Shown here: in pieces, positions 1-13,642 of the stretch | How the letters are laid out: every line of letters starts with the position of its first letter | How positions within the stretch are numbered: the first letter of the stretch is position 1 | From: Eledone cirrhosa | Taxonomy: Eukaryota | Assembly (NCBI GenBank): GCA_964016885.1 | Contig: OZ024742.1 | Span: forward strand, 278,504,001 to 278,568,000 | Length of the DNA: 64,000 nucleotides | Reading direction: 5' to 3' | The notes under the pieces: generated by a model | Seen by the model: only the letters and a program-made list of their open reading frames with translations | What the model was told of the DNA's origin: nothing | The model's database searches: none | Made by a program: the position numbers and the translations under genes

Positions 1-300
1 AGTTGAAATAGTTAATTCAGAAGATAACTCAATGACCAATGAGAAGATTTCTTGTGTAATTTACTGAATAAAACTATAATGGAGAATTTTGATGAAAATA
101 ACAAGATTCACACTTAATTTGCTTCCTGACTATTTTTCGAAAACAATTTTTTTGCAATATTTTAGTATTGTTTATTTTTATGTTAAATTGTCCCTTTCTC
201 TTTCTTTCAATTCTAAATGTTTCTGATTTAATTTTTCTCAACTAAGTTATTTAACCTCCTCGTTATTTATGACTTTTTTCGATATATGTCTGTCTGTCAG

Positions 301-485
301 TCTGTACACACATATACACACGCACACAGACACATATACAAGAACGCATACACATCGATACTCACACGCACACACTCACATAAATACATATATATAAATT
401 AACACATATACATATATATATGTAAATATATGATAACTTATTCATGATTATATATACAATGAAGGAATTGCATATATAAATTACG

Positions 486-538
<53 letters not shown>

Positions 539-597
539 CTCATATATAGTTCTACAAATATGTATGTGTACATTTACATATATACACACAAATATGC

Positions 598-644
<47 letters not shown>

Positions 645-711
645 TATATATATATTTGTATATTTGTATACACACGCACACATAAATATTTATATATATA
701 TAGAGAGAGAG

Positions 712-764
<53 letters not shown>

Positions 765-1211
765 TATATATATATATATACATATCTATATCTATATATA
801 TACATATATATACATGTGTGTGTGTGTGTGTGTATGTCTATGTGAGTGTATAATTACATACATACATTCCTTGACCATTCTAACGCACAATACATAAACA
901 TATATTGAGAAACAACACCTACATCTACACATTTGAAGTACCCACCAAACATCTGAAAGCATGCATCAATAGTCACAATCCATCATATATACACACTATA
1001 CATAAGTACGTACACTATACATAAGTACGTACATCATCTACAATATACTAAACGCTTCATTCCATCCTGCCTTCTACAATTAACACACAATCAGAATGCA
1101 TAAACACATACGCAGAGCAAATACACACGTATACACACACATACACACATATATTTATATGTTAAAAAGGTGTATATATCTATAATATATACATATATAT
1201 ATATTAATAAT

Positions 1212-1251
<40 letters not shown>

Positions 1252-1294
1252 TTCTTATATATATATGCACATATATATACATGTATATATATAT

Positions 1295-1366
<72 letters not shown>

Positions 1367-1545
1367 TATATATATATGTATGTTATATATATATATACAT
1401 TATATATATATATGTATATATATATACATTATATATATATATACATTATATGTATATATACTATATAATATATATATACGTTATAAATATATATATATAT
1501 ATATATTATAAAAAATATATATATATATACATATATGTATATATT

Positions 1546-1588
<43 letters not shown>

Positions 1589-1592
1589 ATAT
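301..1592. repeat. (TA)n/(CA)n microsatellite field; similar tracts recur throughout the window
   Basis: Direct dinucleotide runs. They are the source of the [12 protein letters not shown] ORFs. Confidence 0.97.
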
Positions 1593-2039
1593 ATGTAAAA
1601 TATTTCAATAGACATTTTCAATGTTCTACTTGTCTACCGTATTAAGACGGTCAATTTAGCACAGACGGTTGGGTGTTGAATTTAAATGCTTCACTTCTTG
1701 CTTCACCACCTGATGCTCTCCCTTTCCACTGAAAATGTTGTTCTTGTTATTATTGTTGCAGTCGTTAATAAACAAATCATTATTGTTGCAGTCGTTCTTG
1801 TTAGTATTGCAGCTGTTTTACCTATTGTGTTATTATTTTTGTTGTTGTTGATGATGTTGCTGTTCACGTAATATGATATCATTCTTATCAGTGCTATTTA
1901 ACCCCATTGAAGATTTCCACCTTTTAAAAACTTCTAGCTTTGACCATCCCGTAATTTGATATATATAAATATAACGTAAAAGGAAGGGAATGGCAAGGGC
2001 TCTAATGTCACATAACAATTGGTAGGTTGTGGGTAAGTG

Positions 2040-2295
2040 TAAATGGTCTTTGGGCTTAGTGCGCGGCAGTAATGGGGTGCGCACGACGCACAAGACCGCA
2101 AAAGCACTTCCATAGACAATGGCTAGCGATTTCCGTTGCAACAGTCACACCTCCACGCGGGACTCCTTCCTCAGACGGGCTGCCGACGTTCCGATCTTGC
2201 GGAGGAACTCAACAGTACAGGGTCCATGTACGCCTGTGGTCTTGACAGTGACCGGTCTGAAGAGAAAGCGGTCGGACAATCCCCAGTATTTGTTT
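2040..2295 (-). mobile_element. CRE-like non-LTR retrotransposon 3' remnant (restriction-like endonuclease C-terminus)
   Basis: Minus translation KYWGLSDRFLFRPVTVKTTGVHGPCTVEFLRKIG...*LLQRKSLAIVYGSAFAVL fits the CRE pattern KY..L...F.P.AVET.G..G.....FL..IG...LFQR.S.AI.RGNA..VL. Confidence 0.7.
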
Positions 2296-2344
2296 ATATT
2301 ATATACAAGACCATTTTCCAATGCTTCCTTCATTATTTTCCAGA

Positions 2345-2535
2345 GGGCGGTGGATTGGCAGTATCGGTGGAGGGTCGGACGCCATGCTTTCCAGTATAGT
2401 TACGTCCCTTTACGATCTGAGTTCAAATCCCACCGAGGTTGACTTTGCCTTTCATCCTTACGGGGTCAATAAAATAAAGTACCAGTAACGCACTGGGTAA
2501 TTGCAGGCCTTGTGCCTAAAGTAGAAACAATTATT
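2345..2535 (+). mobile_element. tRNA-derived SINE (Octopus OK-like, Meta-type core)
   Basis: A-box TGGCAGTATCGG, B-box GAGTTCAAATCC, core GCCTTTCATCCTTACGGGGTC..TAAAATAAAGTACCAG, tail GGCCTTGTGCC..AAGTAGAAACAATTATT. About 10 copies in the window. Confidence 0.9.
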
Positions 2536-2975
2536 TTCCAGATGTTGGCAATGTGTGATTTGAAGGAATTTATGCTGCTATTTCTGGCAGGGATGCGTCA
2601 AGTAGACACTCTTTCATACCCTCATACCATGTCTTTAAAAGTCAAAGAATACACATGTATTTAAAGGTAGATTAATTCTGAGTGAAGTCATTATGATGTG
2701 CTGAATTCAAAGCATTTCCTGGACACATATTTTGCTAAGGATTGAACATGTAATACCCCTCATTCAATTGTCACATACCCACATTGGTTTCCAAAACATC
2801 CATTCTCACTACATTATGGAATATCCTCTGGGGACTGGCTTAATTTGACAGCTTCTTTTACTCATTTGAACTGGCAATGAAGAGAGCAAGGATCCCTAAG
2901 GAAATTCAAGAGTTCAACCCTCTTCAATCATTCTACTACTGCTATAAATAATTCCTTACTTTAACAACTGTTTCT

Positions 2976-3167
2976 ACAAACCTTCAAATCGACTTAATAT
3001 CGACAGTTGAAGGAGTTCAGGAATACTTGGATTGTTTCGATTTCTGGGTAGAGGCGAGGGAAAATCTTTCAGAAAAGGCTATCAACGGTACTTTTCTAAC
3101 TGCAATAGGAAAGAAAGTATTTTCACTGGTGAATAAATTGATCTATCCGACAGATCTCATGTCATAA
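2976..3167 (+). mobile_element. Gypsy (Mag-like) gag N-terminal remnant
   Basis: Translation LQIDLISTVEGVQEYLDCFDFWVEARENLSEKAINGTFLTAIGKKVFSLVNKLIYP resembles the gag motif EDYLERF..W.....AHFLT.IG.EAYSLL..L.YP. Not in the ORF track. Confidence 0.6.
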
Positions 3168-3444
3168 ATATTGTAATGTATTTGCATGATTAATGCTAGC
3201 TTAGATGTTTACTGACTTTTTTCTGAAAACCCAGATTGTCAGGTAAGGATTTACTTACGTATACAATTGCACCAATAATTATAAATATATGTGAAATTAT
3301 AATCTAGAAACAGGTGTTGAAGATTTCGAAGCGTGTGTTAGTAGTTATTTTGCCTCTCACTGATTTAGAAAAAGTGTCGTATCGGCAGTGATGTTAACTT
3401 CTACGACAGTACATAATTTTTCTCATATATACATGCATGTATGT

Positions 3445-3525
3445 ATTCATGGTTGCCAACACTGTGCAATACATTTTAGATCATTTGCTGGGCTAAAAAG
3501 CCACATTCGATTGCAACATCATTCA
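3445..3525 (+). mobile_element. Isolated C2H2 zinc finger, probably the extreme 3' end of an RTE-group LINE
   Basis: CQHCAIHFRSFAGLKSHIRLQH (Cx2Cx3Fx5Lx2Hx4H) flanked by microsatellite. Such fingers end RTE-group ORFs. Confidence 0.5.
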
Positions 3526-4288
3526 TTATTAATATATGTATATATATATGTATATATGCGTGTGTGTGTGTGTGTGTGTGTGTACGTGTGTGTGTACGTG
3601 TGTGTGCGTGTGTGTATGTGTGTTTTAAATTTAATTTTCTTTTTATTTATTTATTTTAATTTAATTTTATTTTATTTCTTTATTATCTTTATTTTATTTT
3701 ATCGTGCAAGGTCCATACTCTATAACGAAGGGACAGCCGTCAGGTATTTATGTATGTACGCATGTATGCATGTATGTATGTATATATGTATGTATCCACG
3801 TATGTCTGTATGTTTTATATCAGTTTTCTTCTCCAAATGAGCGTCTGGATGGCCGTTGACTCTTTAATTCCGGATTTGTTTAAACCTCCCTAAGAAGCAA
3901 GTACTGTAGATATTCAGAAGAGGATACACATTTTTCACGTTTTATTGTCACAAGTGCACATTTGGACTCACCACATGTCATCAGAAAGAAAAGTGGATAA
4001 GGAGGTCCAGTTATTTGTTTATGTTGTTTGTATCTGGCCCTTAGAATTATCACCCTGATAATTCCATTATTAGCACATGGTATCAGACTTAATTTGCTTG
4101 TTATTAGCCCTAATGACCAAAGAGGTGTACTACGTCTTGATCAGGTGTCACACGTATACATGTATATATAGCTATGTATGTGCGTGGGTTAATATATATA
4201 TATATATATAGATATATATATATATATATATATATATGCACGTGTGTGTATGTGTGTGCGTCTTTGTCTGTCTGTGTGTTTGTTTGAA

Positions 4289-4332
<44 letters not shown>

Positions 4333-4539
4333 TAGAGAGCTAGAGAGAGAGAGCTAGAGAGAGATAGAGTGAGAAGGATAGGGAGAGAGAGAGAGGGGGG
4401 ATAGAGAGTGAGAGTGTGTGTGCTTGTCCATTTGTTACTGCCCCATGTGCACTGAAGCTAGTGTTATCGACCTTAAATCATCGAATCGAAACCACGAAGA
4501 CCCTCCATTGTCTTCACTCACCATTTTTAATTATATATA

Positions 4540-6170
4540 TATATACAATATATTAATAAATGGAAACTATATTTATAAAACCATATTTATTTTATTATAC
4601 ACATTTCAAGGGGAACCAAGGCAAATTATGGTGCGCTTTCATCAGATAAAATACAGATTTGTTTTATAAATAAATATTGACATACCCGGAAAAAAAGACA
4701 ACCTTAACGGTTGGAGCTTCCTGGATAGTGGAGATAGTACATTTATTGAGGGCGATACACAATTATGAGTTAATATGCATATGAGTGTCTGAAAGGTTGA
4801 AAAGATAACGGTTTATTTAAATTATGCTGTTGGAAGAAGAATATATGTAAGGGAGAGAGAAAAAAATAGAAAAAAGAAAATAACAAAAAAAGAAAAAAAG
4901 AAAAAAAAGAAAGGAGAAAGATAGAAGAGGAAAGAAAGAACGATTATATATATGGATAGTGAAAATAGAGTGCATGAAGAAATAAATATAGACAGTGTAA
5001 GTAAATGAGAGAAGAAATGAGAATAACGTGGATGAATAATATTTATAATGCAGGATTCATTACGTTTTGATTATAATACTAATAATGATAGGTTAAAATT
5101 AAAATTAAAAATTAGAATCAAAATTAAAGCTTAAAATTTACCTTAATATTAAAGATTTAATTTAATAATTTAATATTAATAATTAGTTTAAATGTTAAGG
5201 ATTATAAATTATTTAAATAAATATATAGTATTTTACATTAGAGTAAAACTAGTATAGTTTATTTTATTAAAAGTTGTAAGTCAAAATTAAACATGCAAAT
5301 AATTCTAAATTTATGAAAAATCTACGAGAGTTTACAAAAGAATAACCACTTAGTTATATTATAAAAACAGTAAGGAAGTGTAAAGGAAGTTAGAAGTGAT
5401 TTTTTAAGAACTCAGATGACTCTAAGGATTAAATGTTATAAAGTTAAAAAGTTAAAAATTTGTTATCTTAAGAATATAATTAAAACATGAACCATATGTT
5501 ATTTTATACAAAGTCATAAATTTACTTGCTATAAAGTTAAAACATTAACATTAAAATTAAAATTAAAACATTAAAAAATTTATCTTAAGAATATATTTAA
5601 AGCATAAACCATAGGTTATTCCACATATATATAAAAAACCTATATATAAAAATCATATTTTTTTCCACATATATATAAACATTTGGATATATTTATTAAA
5701 AACATTTGAAGATATAAAAAATATAAAAATACAAAAATATTAGAAGGTATGAAAATAATGGTTATTCTATATCTTTCAAAGGAATTTTCAAAAGATTTTT
5801 CCTAAAACCTTCCGTAAGTTTTTCAAGAAAATTTTTTTATTAAAGAAGTTTCAAGCAGTCATATAAAAAGATGTTATAATCTATCGATCGGTGTAACAAT
5901 ATAAAGTATATAGTATATATATGTGAAGTAGAGATGTGAATTATATATAGATATAGAAGATATTATGTAAAAGAGATAAGTCATATATTACATTATATAC
6001 ATATATTTAAAAGTTGAGTTTAAACGATGTTTGCAGGAACAGAATAAATTATTTCGCAAATTAATAGAGTTCTTACTTTTTAGTATAAAGAATATTTCTT
6101 CAACACAAAGAGAGCAATTTTGGGATAAAACAGTGTATACATTTTCTGCTGACCTTTCTAAATACAGCAG
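4540..6170 (-). mobile_element. Naiad-like PLE 3' end with long AT-rich tail
   Basis: Minus translation LERSAENVYTVLSQNCSLCVEEIFFILKSKNSINLRNNLFCSCKHRLNSTF is homologous to the C-terminus of the 43550-46320 element (CKLCNVELFCIMKSKNILLNNR..LYCNHRLKSTF). An HHR lies at the end of the tail. Confidence 0.7.
4590..4651 (-). ncRNA. Type I hammerhead ribozyme candidate in the PLE tail
   Basis: UUUUAU CUGAUGA AAG..CUU GAAA UGUGUA UA AUAAAA: 6-bp stem I, 3-bp stem II base, minimal stem III. Confidence 0.55.
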
Positions 6171-6253
6171 CAGCCAGTTGGTTGCAGCTCACGTTTATGT
6201 ATATATATGTATATATATAATTATATAAATAAATACATATATATATATATATA

Positions 6254-7055
6254 TGTGTCACTCACTTATTTGGTACAGAGCGAAATACCTGTTGAAAACG
6301 TGATATTCCTTGTTCGATGGTTATACACAAAGCTTATATTTTTAAGCAGACTGTATTTTGATTTAGGTGTCACAGAAACTCTACATCGGATTTTAACAGC
6401 AATTCCGGGAGTCCAGGTCTGGTTATCATTTATTTGTTATCATTTATTTTGTTTTGACCTGTTTAGCTTGATTTGGTTTTTGGCTTCGGTGGTTAATGCC
6501 TTCTTGACCACCTTTTCAGTTTTGCATGGCTTCTTAACACATTGTTTAGCTCTGGTTTTTAACTATTGAGCACTTTGCCAGTATCATTTCTGATTTTTGC
6601 GTTTCGCTTCCCTTTTCCTGCCCGCCGAAATGCGATTCTCGTTGAATCTTTATTTGTATTAATCTCCCGTGACTTACAATTAACTTGTTAATAATTTCTA
6701 TTGACAGGTTAATTGAATAATTTTATTTTAAACTACTCGGTTGAGAACTTATTCGATTTGTGGTATTTATGCGATTTTTCGCATGATTTACACTAACTGA
6801 ATTACTTTGTCAAGATCTGGAGTTTTTCCCTTTGTGATTTCCACACGTGGTTTAACTTACCACCGTGTCACTCACTTATTTGGTACAGAGCGAAATACCT
6901 GTTGATAACGTGATATTCCTTGTTCGATCGTTATACACAAAGCTTACATTTTTAAGCAGACTGTATTTTGATTTAGGTGTCACATTTCTGATATTTTCGC
7001 TTCGCTTCGCTTTTCCTGCCCGCCGTAATGTGATTCTCGCTGAATCTTTATTTGT
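6254..7055. repeat. Partial tandem repeat (about 610-nt unit); second copy internally deleted
   Basis: 6255-6373 repeats at 6865-6983, and 6586-6660 repeats at 6984-7055. Confidence 0.85.
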
Positions 7056-7056
7056 A

Positions 7057-7138
<82 letters not shown>

Positions 7139-7589
7139 TGTGTGTGTGTATGTATATACATATATGTATGTATATATATATATGTGTATATATATATATA
7201 TGTGTATATATATGTGTGTGTGTATATATATATATATGTATGTATATATATATGTATATATGTATATATATATATGTGTATATATATACGTATATGTATA
7301 TATATGTGTGAATATATATATATATATATATACACATATATATATACATACATATATATATATATATTTATAAATATATGTATGTATATATATATATATA
7401 TATGTGTGTGAGTGTGTATATGTATTTATTTATTCATCTATTTTCTGTATCTATCCGTTGAGATTCTGTCTCTATTTTTGTACTCCTCAAGAAGGGCTAA
7501 ATCCCGACACGCCGCACATTCTTTCCCCCATTTTATATAAAGCCTGCATCTATTAAGACATGTTGTGCCTCTATTTTGTCGTTTACTTG

Positions 7590-7712
<123 letters not shown>

Positions 7713-7793
7713 AATGTATACATATATATATACATGTATATACACACATATAAACATATATATAAATATATATAAACACTCACATATATATAT

Positions 7794-7922
<129 letters not shown>

Positions 7923-8022
7923 TGTAATAAACAACATAAGGCAATTATTTCATTTTATAATCTATATGTAAGTGAGGCTGGAAAAGGGAGAGAGAAAGGA
8001 AAAATAAACTCACATGCACACA

Positions 8023-8122
<100 letters not shown>

Positions 8123-8320
8123 TACACACACACACACAATTACATACACACACATACATACATACACATATATATACACACACATACTCACACTCATATA
8201 TATGTATATATATGTCTACATACACATACATGTACACATACATACATACACACATATATATCAACATATCCATACATACACATACTCACAAATACACAAA
8301 CACGCACACACACACACACA

Positions 8321-8432
<112 letters not shown>

Positions 8433-8669
8433 CATACACACAATCATACATATATACACACGTACATACACACACATACATAGACACATATATACACGCG
8501 TACATACGCTTGCACAAATATAGATATATGTACACACACCTACATACGCATACACATAAATAATTATAATAAAAAATAAAATAATAAAAATACCGTCACA
8601 CAAGAATAAAAATGTATATAAAAATTATTGTAAATTATAAATTCTTAAAAATTATTATAAATTATAAAT

Positions 8670-8752
<83 letters not shown>

Positions 8753-8754
<2 letters not shown>

Positions 8755-9350
8755 ATGCCAATCATTGTTTGAATCTAACAGATATGCAAAAACATATATA
8801 TAGGAATAAGGTATACCCAAATCATAGTAGAATCAAATATCACAGAGAGAAAGCAAGAGGGAAGAAATGAGGTGCAACTGAAATGAAACATGGACTACAG
8901 GTTACAAAATAGTTTAGATAGATGGGAAACAAAACGAGGATGTAGTTTATGGAACACCCAAATGATTTAGAAATCGACCTTAACTAGGATGAAAAACATT
9001 AAGAAAGATATGGTCGACACCACAACACTTTGTTTTGAAAATTTTTAAAATTTTTAAAGTATGAATTTTTATAAGATTTTCGTAGTTGTCTCTGTCGCCT
9101 ATAGAGACGGAGGAGATCCTGGCTTTGGGTTCAAACCTTGTCAAGAGATACCTGTAACCTTTTTGAGTTTACAACCTATAGAAAAAGAACTGAAGAGGTT
9201 TACTGGGAACACTACTACCGACCAGGATCGACCTTAAGTAGGAGCAATAACATTAAGAAAGACATGGTCGACACCACAACACTTTGTTTTGAAAATTTTG
9301 AAAATAGGTTTATAAGCATGAAATTTCATGAGATTTTCGGAGCGAAACAA
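8753..9350. mobile_element. Dispersed repeat family, homologous to 14165-14780
   Basis: Shared AATGCCAATCATTG...GAAACAAAACGAGGATGTAGTTTATGGAACACCCAAATGATTTAGAA...; internal duplication of ACATTAAGAAAGA..GGTCGACACCACAACACTTTG. Confidence 0.8.
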
Positions 9351-9692
9351 TTGTAAACGGACATTATTATTATTAATATTATTATTATTATTCTCTACAT
9401 TCCTTACATCAAACTAAAATATGTTGACAATCGTTTAATAATGTCTTCCTTGTGAAATTTGTGGTCTTGTTTTGCTTAACTAATGAATATATATATATAT
9501 ATTTATATACATGTTTATGTGTATTTGGTGTATACGTCCGTATGTGTGCGGGTACGGGCGTTGCGTGGGTTCTGTATGTATTCTTTTTGTGTACGTGCTT
9601 GTATTTGCATACCCATTGCGGGTGTTTTCGAGTATGCTTATGTATGTACGTATATGGATGCGTGCATGTATATATTTAATTTCAATAACCTC

Positions 9693-10270
9693 TGTTATTT
9701 ATTTACTTTATTCTTAACTCTGAAGTCGAGTATCATTCGGTTTCCTAAATAGAAATTTACACTACGACTTCAGTTATACCATATATGTGGTTTTGTCTTT
9801 GCGTGTAATTGTTCTCACCGCTCCACATATGACGTATCACCTTCGTGTTTTCCGCTTATTGCCAGAGAACGTCTCCACGAACCACCTAATAGAATATTAG
9901 TCTACGACTTCATTTATACCATACACGTGGTTTTGTCTTTGCGTGTAATTGTTTTCATTGCTCCAATTCCAATTAATAACGTATTATTTTCGTTTTTATC
10001 CGTTCTTTGCCAGGGAACGTTTCCACGAACCAAAGTATCGTCTTCCTGTCTACCTTCGGTGGCAAAGTATTTTGAAATATTTACTTCTGCGTTCACAGAT
10101 TGATTTCTTTAGTTTCAGAAGATCCCGTTAAGGGTGAAAGCAGCGATTCTTTGCTTAAACTTTAATCTGTTATTTTAATTAATATTTGCACTACGGTTCT
10201 TATCTATATTTCATATATATATATTCTTATCGAGCCCTCTTTGGATTTTAGTCTTCAAATTTATTATTAT

Positions 10271-10272
<2 letters not shown>
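9693..10272 (+). mobile_element. Non-coding repeat family A (about 140-nt internal tandem plus variant HHR)
   Basis: Other copies at 18790-18978, 19868-20210, 46958-47690 and 60787-61250. Confidence 0.85.
10095..10170 (+). ncRNA. Hammerhead-like fold with CAGAAGA core (family A)
   Basis: ACAGAUU..AGUUU CAGAAGA U CCC GUUAA GGG U GAAA GCAG CGAUUCU UUGC UU AAACU..AAUCUGU; all three stems pair. Confidence 0.6.
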
Positions 10273-10332
<60 letters not shown>

Positions 10333-10345
10333 CATATATATATAT

Positions 10346-11161
10346 TTCAAACAATACCTGCTATTCACCTCCAGCCATCCAAAGCACACGAAGACGAACC
10401 TCTCTTTTAACCTAGCAAAAATAATTTGCATAATTCAAAGATTAAAGGAAACTCTTCTCGAAAGACAGTATCCACCGTTACTAATAGATAATGGAATACA
10501 ACGGACTAAAGCATTAGGCATTGATGAATTACGAAAAGAGAAACAAATTCAAGGTACGTCCAATATTCTATCATATATCTCAACACACACCCAAGAAATG
10601 CGGAAGCATTCAACATTATTCAAAAGAACATCCCACTATTGAAACAAGACCCAAGAATGAGAAAGTACTTGAAACACACAAAATAATCAAAAGCAAAAGA
10701 CAACCGAAATCTCTAAAAATATTACTGGCCAATGCCAAATTACCTATCACAAACCCACAGTATACATTTCAATCAGGACGACATTTTCCTGTATAATATC
10801 ACTTCACTTGTTCATCAAAAAATTTAATTTGTGCCATTAAATGTAAAGGATGCAATGAAGATTATATAGGGCAAACTAAACTCACACTCAGAAACAGAAT
10901 GACAATTCATCGCCAAAAATTACGAGACCCTACCACAAGACAGATACCACTCAGTGCACATCTAGACATATGCGCAAGAGATAAGACACCCAAATTTCAA
11001 GTCTTCCCACTTTATCTTTGCGCGGACAATACAATCGACCAAATACAAATAAATAAGGAAAATATGTTTATTCAAAAATATAGACCAGCATTAAATATGG
11101 TTTAATATACATTAATATGTTAACACAATAACACGCTACACATCCAAACAGACACACACGC

Positions 11162-11251
<90 letters not shown>

Positions 11252-12347
11252 GCACACACACACACAGACACACACACACAGACACACACACACATAACAC
11301 TAACACCCTCTTCTATATTCGAAAATAAAATCCCGAGCTAAATAGACATTAACATACGTTAATACTCTAACACCTTAACATGCTAACCATACCTCCCCCC
11401 ACATACGCATACACACACACACATAATTCCGCCCCTAATGGAATCCCCCCCCACACACACATGTATTCTCTACCCTGTCAACATCATAACATACTAACCA
11501 TACTCACACACACACGTATAACACCCATACACACACACACACATAACTCCTTCCCTCATTTCTACTAATGGAATCATTTTCATACACACACACACAGACA
11601 CAAATCAGCACACAAATAAAAATATATATCTCTATTTTCTCTATTTCAATAGAAAGTCTGAAGTTTTACACCTCAGCACATCAGCCATAATCGCTGAACC
11701 AGAACAATTCACGCCACCCCATTTTTCTTGACCATTATCTTTTGTTTGGCATAAAACTCTCTAAACGGCTACAAAGAACTCCCAAATACGAACAAGCGCG
11801 AAATTTAATGTACTTATTCACGTGACAGTCATAACCAATCAAATTACATTTATAAAAAAACAACATTTTCGAGCCACTTTCTTAAGTGAAATGAACCCTC
11901 AAACACGAACTTGCACGAAAGTTAATGTGCTTCTTCACGTGACTGCATCAACCAACCAAATTTCACTCATATATGATAAAACAATCTGAGGCCCCACCCC
12001 TTTTTTTTAAAAAAGGCAAATATAATAAGAACTCTGTAACGCGAACTGGCGCGAAATTTATTATACTTATTCACGTGACAGTCATCAACCAGCCAGAGTA
12101 CTTTTCTAAAAATCCTAGCATTTCTAGCCACTTTTTTCCACATAAAACAGAAGTAACATTCGAACACCAATCAGATGCGAGAAAATCCACAAAACCTCCA
12201 TCTCAATTCTACTTTTAAAAGTCATAAGAACTGCGAAACAGGTAAAGGAAACAAATAAATATTCTTAAAACGACTCCAGTTGCATTTTCGATTTCATCTA
12301 TTTTCCTTATACTTTCACTCGTGTGAACCCCCCCCCCCCCCTCATTT

Positions 12348-12350
<3 letters not shown>
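10346..12350 (+). mobile_element. 5'-truncated Penelope-like element (thumb, GIY-YIG and 3' tail), same family as 30762-33385
   Basis: KQYLLFTSSHPKHTK...; AIKCKGCNEDYIGQT..RMTIHRQ..LSAHLDIC..YRPALNMV; high DNA similarity to 31447-33380 with deletions. Confidence 0.9.
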
Positions 12351-12377
<27 letters not shown>

Positions 12378-12384
<7 letters not shown>

Positions 12385-12750
12385 GAATTGGTGCTCTGAA
12401 TTAGCGATATATATGAATGTATATATAGTGTATTTTGCAATACACTGTATGCTTAATTAAAAGCATTTTGAAGACCTCACGCTATTGTTTTAAAGTAGTG
12501 ACAGTGTCACTTACTTCTAATTTCAGCAAACGAGGGGAGATAGGCTTACAGAGCTTTGTTTCGAACTTGATGGTACTTATCAAAGCTCAGCACTCCTCCT
12601 GTTTGCTGAAAATTATGAATGTTGGATTCTTATAGAATTCCAGTAATAATCAGAACTGATTATCCAGAGCGGTTGCCGGTCCAGCAAAAATTGAAAATTA
12701 GAATTGGTGCTCTGAAATAGCGATATATATATATGAGTGTATATATAGTG
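12378..12750 (-). mobile_element. Non-coding repeat family C (about 318-nt unit with terminal direct repeat, U3-A8 HHR at 12541-12589)
   Basis: AAATTAGAATTGGTGCTCTGAA.TAGCGATATATAT occurs at about 12378 and 12696. Other copies at 13643-13940 and 29473-29835. Confidence 0.85.
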
Positions 12751-13642
12751 CACTAGCAATAAAGCGTGGCGTTGCTCGAGGCTGCTCAGTAGCTGTGTTA
12801 AAGTTACAATGTTAAGTTCCTTTCTTCGCTTAAAAACTGTAGAGTCTACAGTGAAGACTTTCATGTAGTACTTCTGATTAATATTCCCTCAACAAAACAG
12901 AATGCCTTATGAAGTTAAGAAAACATAACCATAACATGAATGTTAAAACAAAAGAGGATGCTGGGGATAAAAACATCACTGGTAATCTATTAACAAAAAT
13001 CTAAAATGTAAACACTGCAACAGTTGTCTCAGAGAAAAACATCAGCGTAACCAAACTATCAGTTATTTTGAAACAAAGAAATTGGATTGACATGAAAAAC
13101 AAAAAAACAAAACAAAATGCGTTATTTGTCTGTCGTTGCTTCTAAATGAAAATCTCATAAGGCTTTATTCGAGATCAATGCTTTTTTTACAAAATATTTT
13201 CTTGTTTTACGATGTATTCACATAGGCTTGTTTTCAAGTAAAAATATTGTTTTAAAAGACTTTTAAATGGAAATGAAGCAAAATGGAAGCTTAAAGTTGA
13301 AATTTCGAACTCATGAATTTTGCAGGTCAAAAGTTTGCTGGCTCGAAAGTTGTTCGTGTATTTTTGTACTTTTTCACGCGTCGTTTATTCGTAACATAAA
13401 TAGATAAGCAGAATGACGCCATAAAAGGGAAATAACTCGTCTCTCATCTCTATTTATACATTTGAACTGAAAAATCAATACATTACAAATTCGATTTTTG
13501 CACTTGGCGTGGGTCGATTTGATAATTTTTTTTGACCGATGTCTCCGCCGGAACTTCATCTATAAGTGTAGCAATTTCACCGAAATTTGAACGTAAGGTT
13601 TAGGAGGAGAAGTGTGTCGACCGTTTTCGTAGACAGACAGAC
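12751..13642 (+). mobile_element. Non-autonomous Helitron/DINE-like element (tentative)
   Basis: Begins ACTAGCAATAAAGCGTGGCGTTGCTCG, like the start at 63041. Ends ...GGTTTAGGAGGAG...AGACAGACAGACAG, typical of HINE/DINE ends. Confidence 0.5.

Noticed and set aside
2345-2440. tRNA genes at SINE heads
   Set aside because: Only A/B boxes are present, followed by SINE core and tail; no cloverleaf is evident.
3454-3519. C2H2 finger as a host zinc-finger gene exon
   Set aside because: It is a single finger with no TGEKP linker or clear splice context, and fits a LINE 3' end better.
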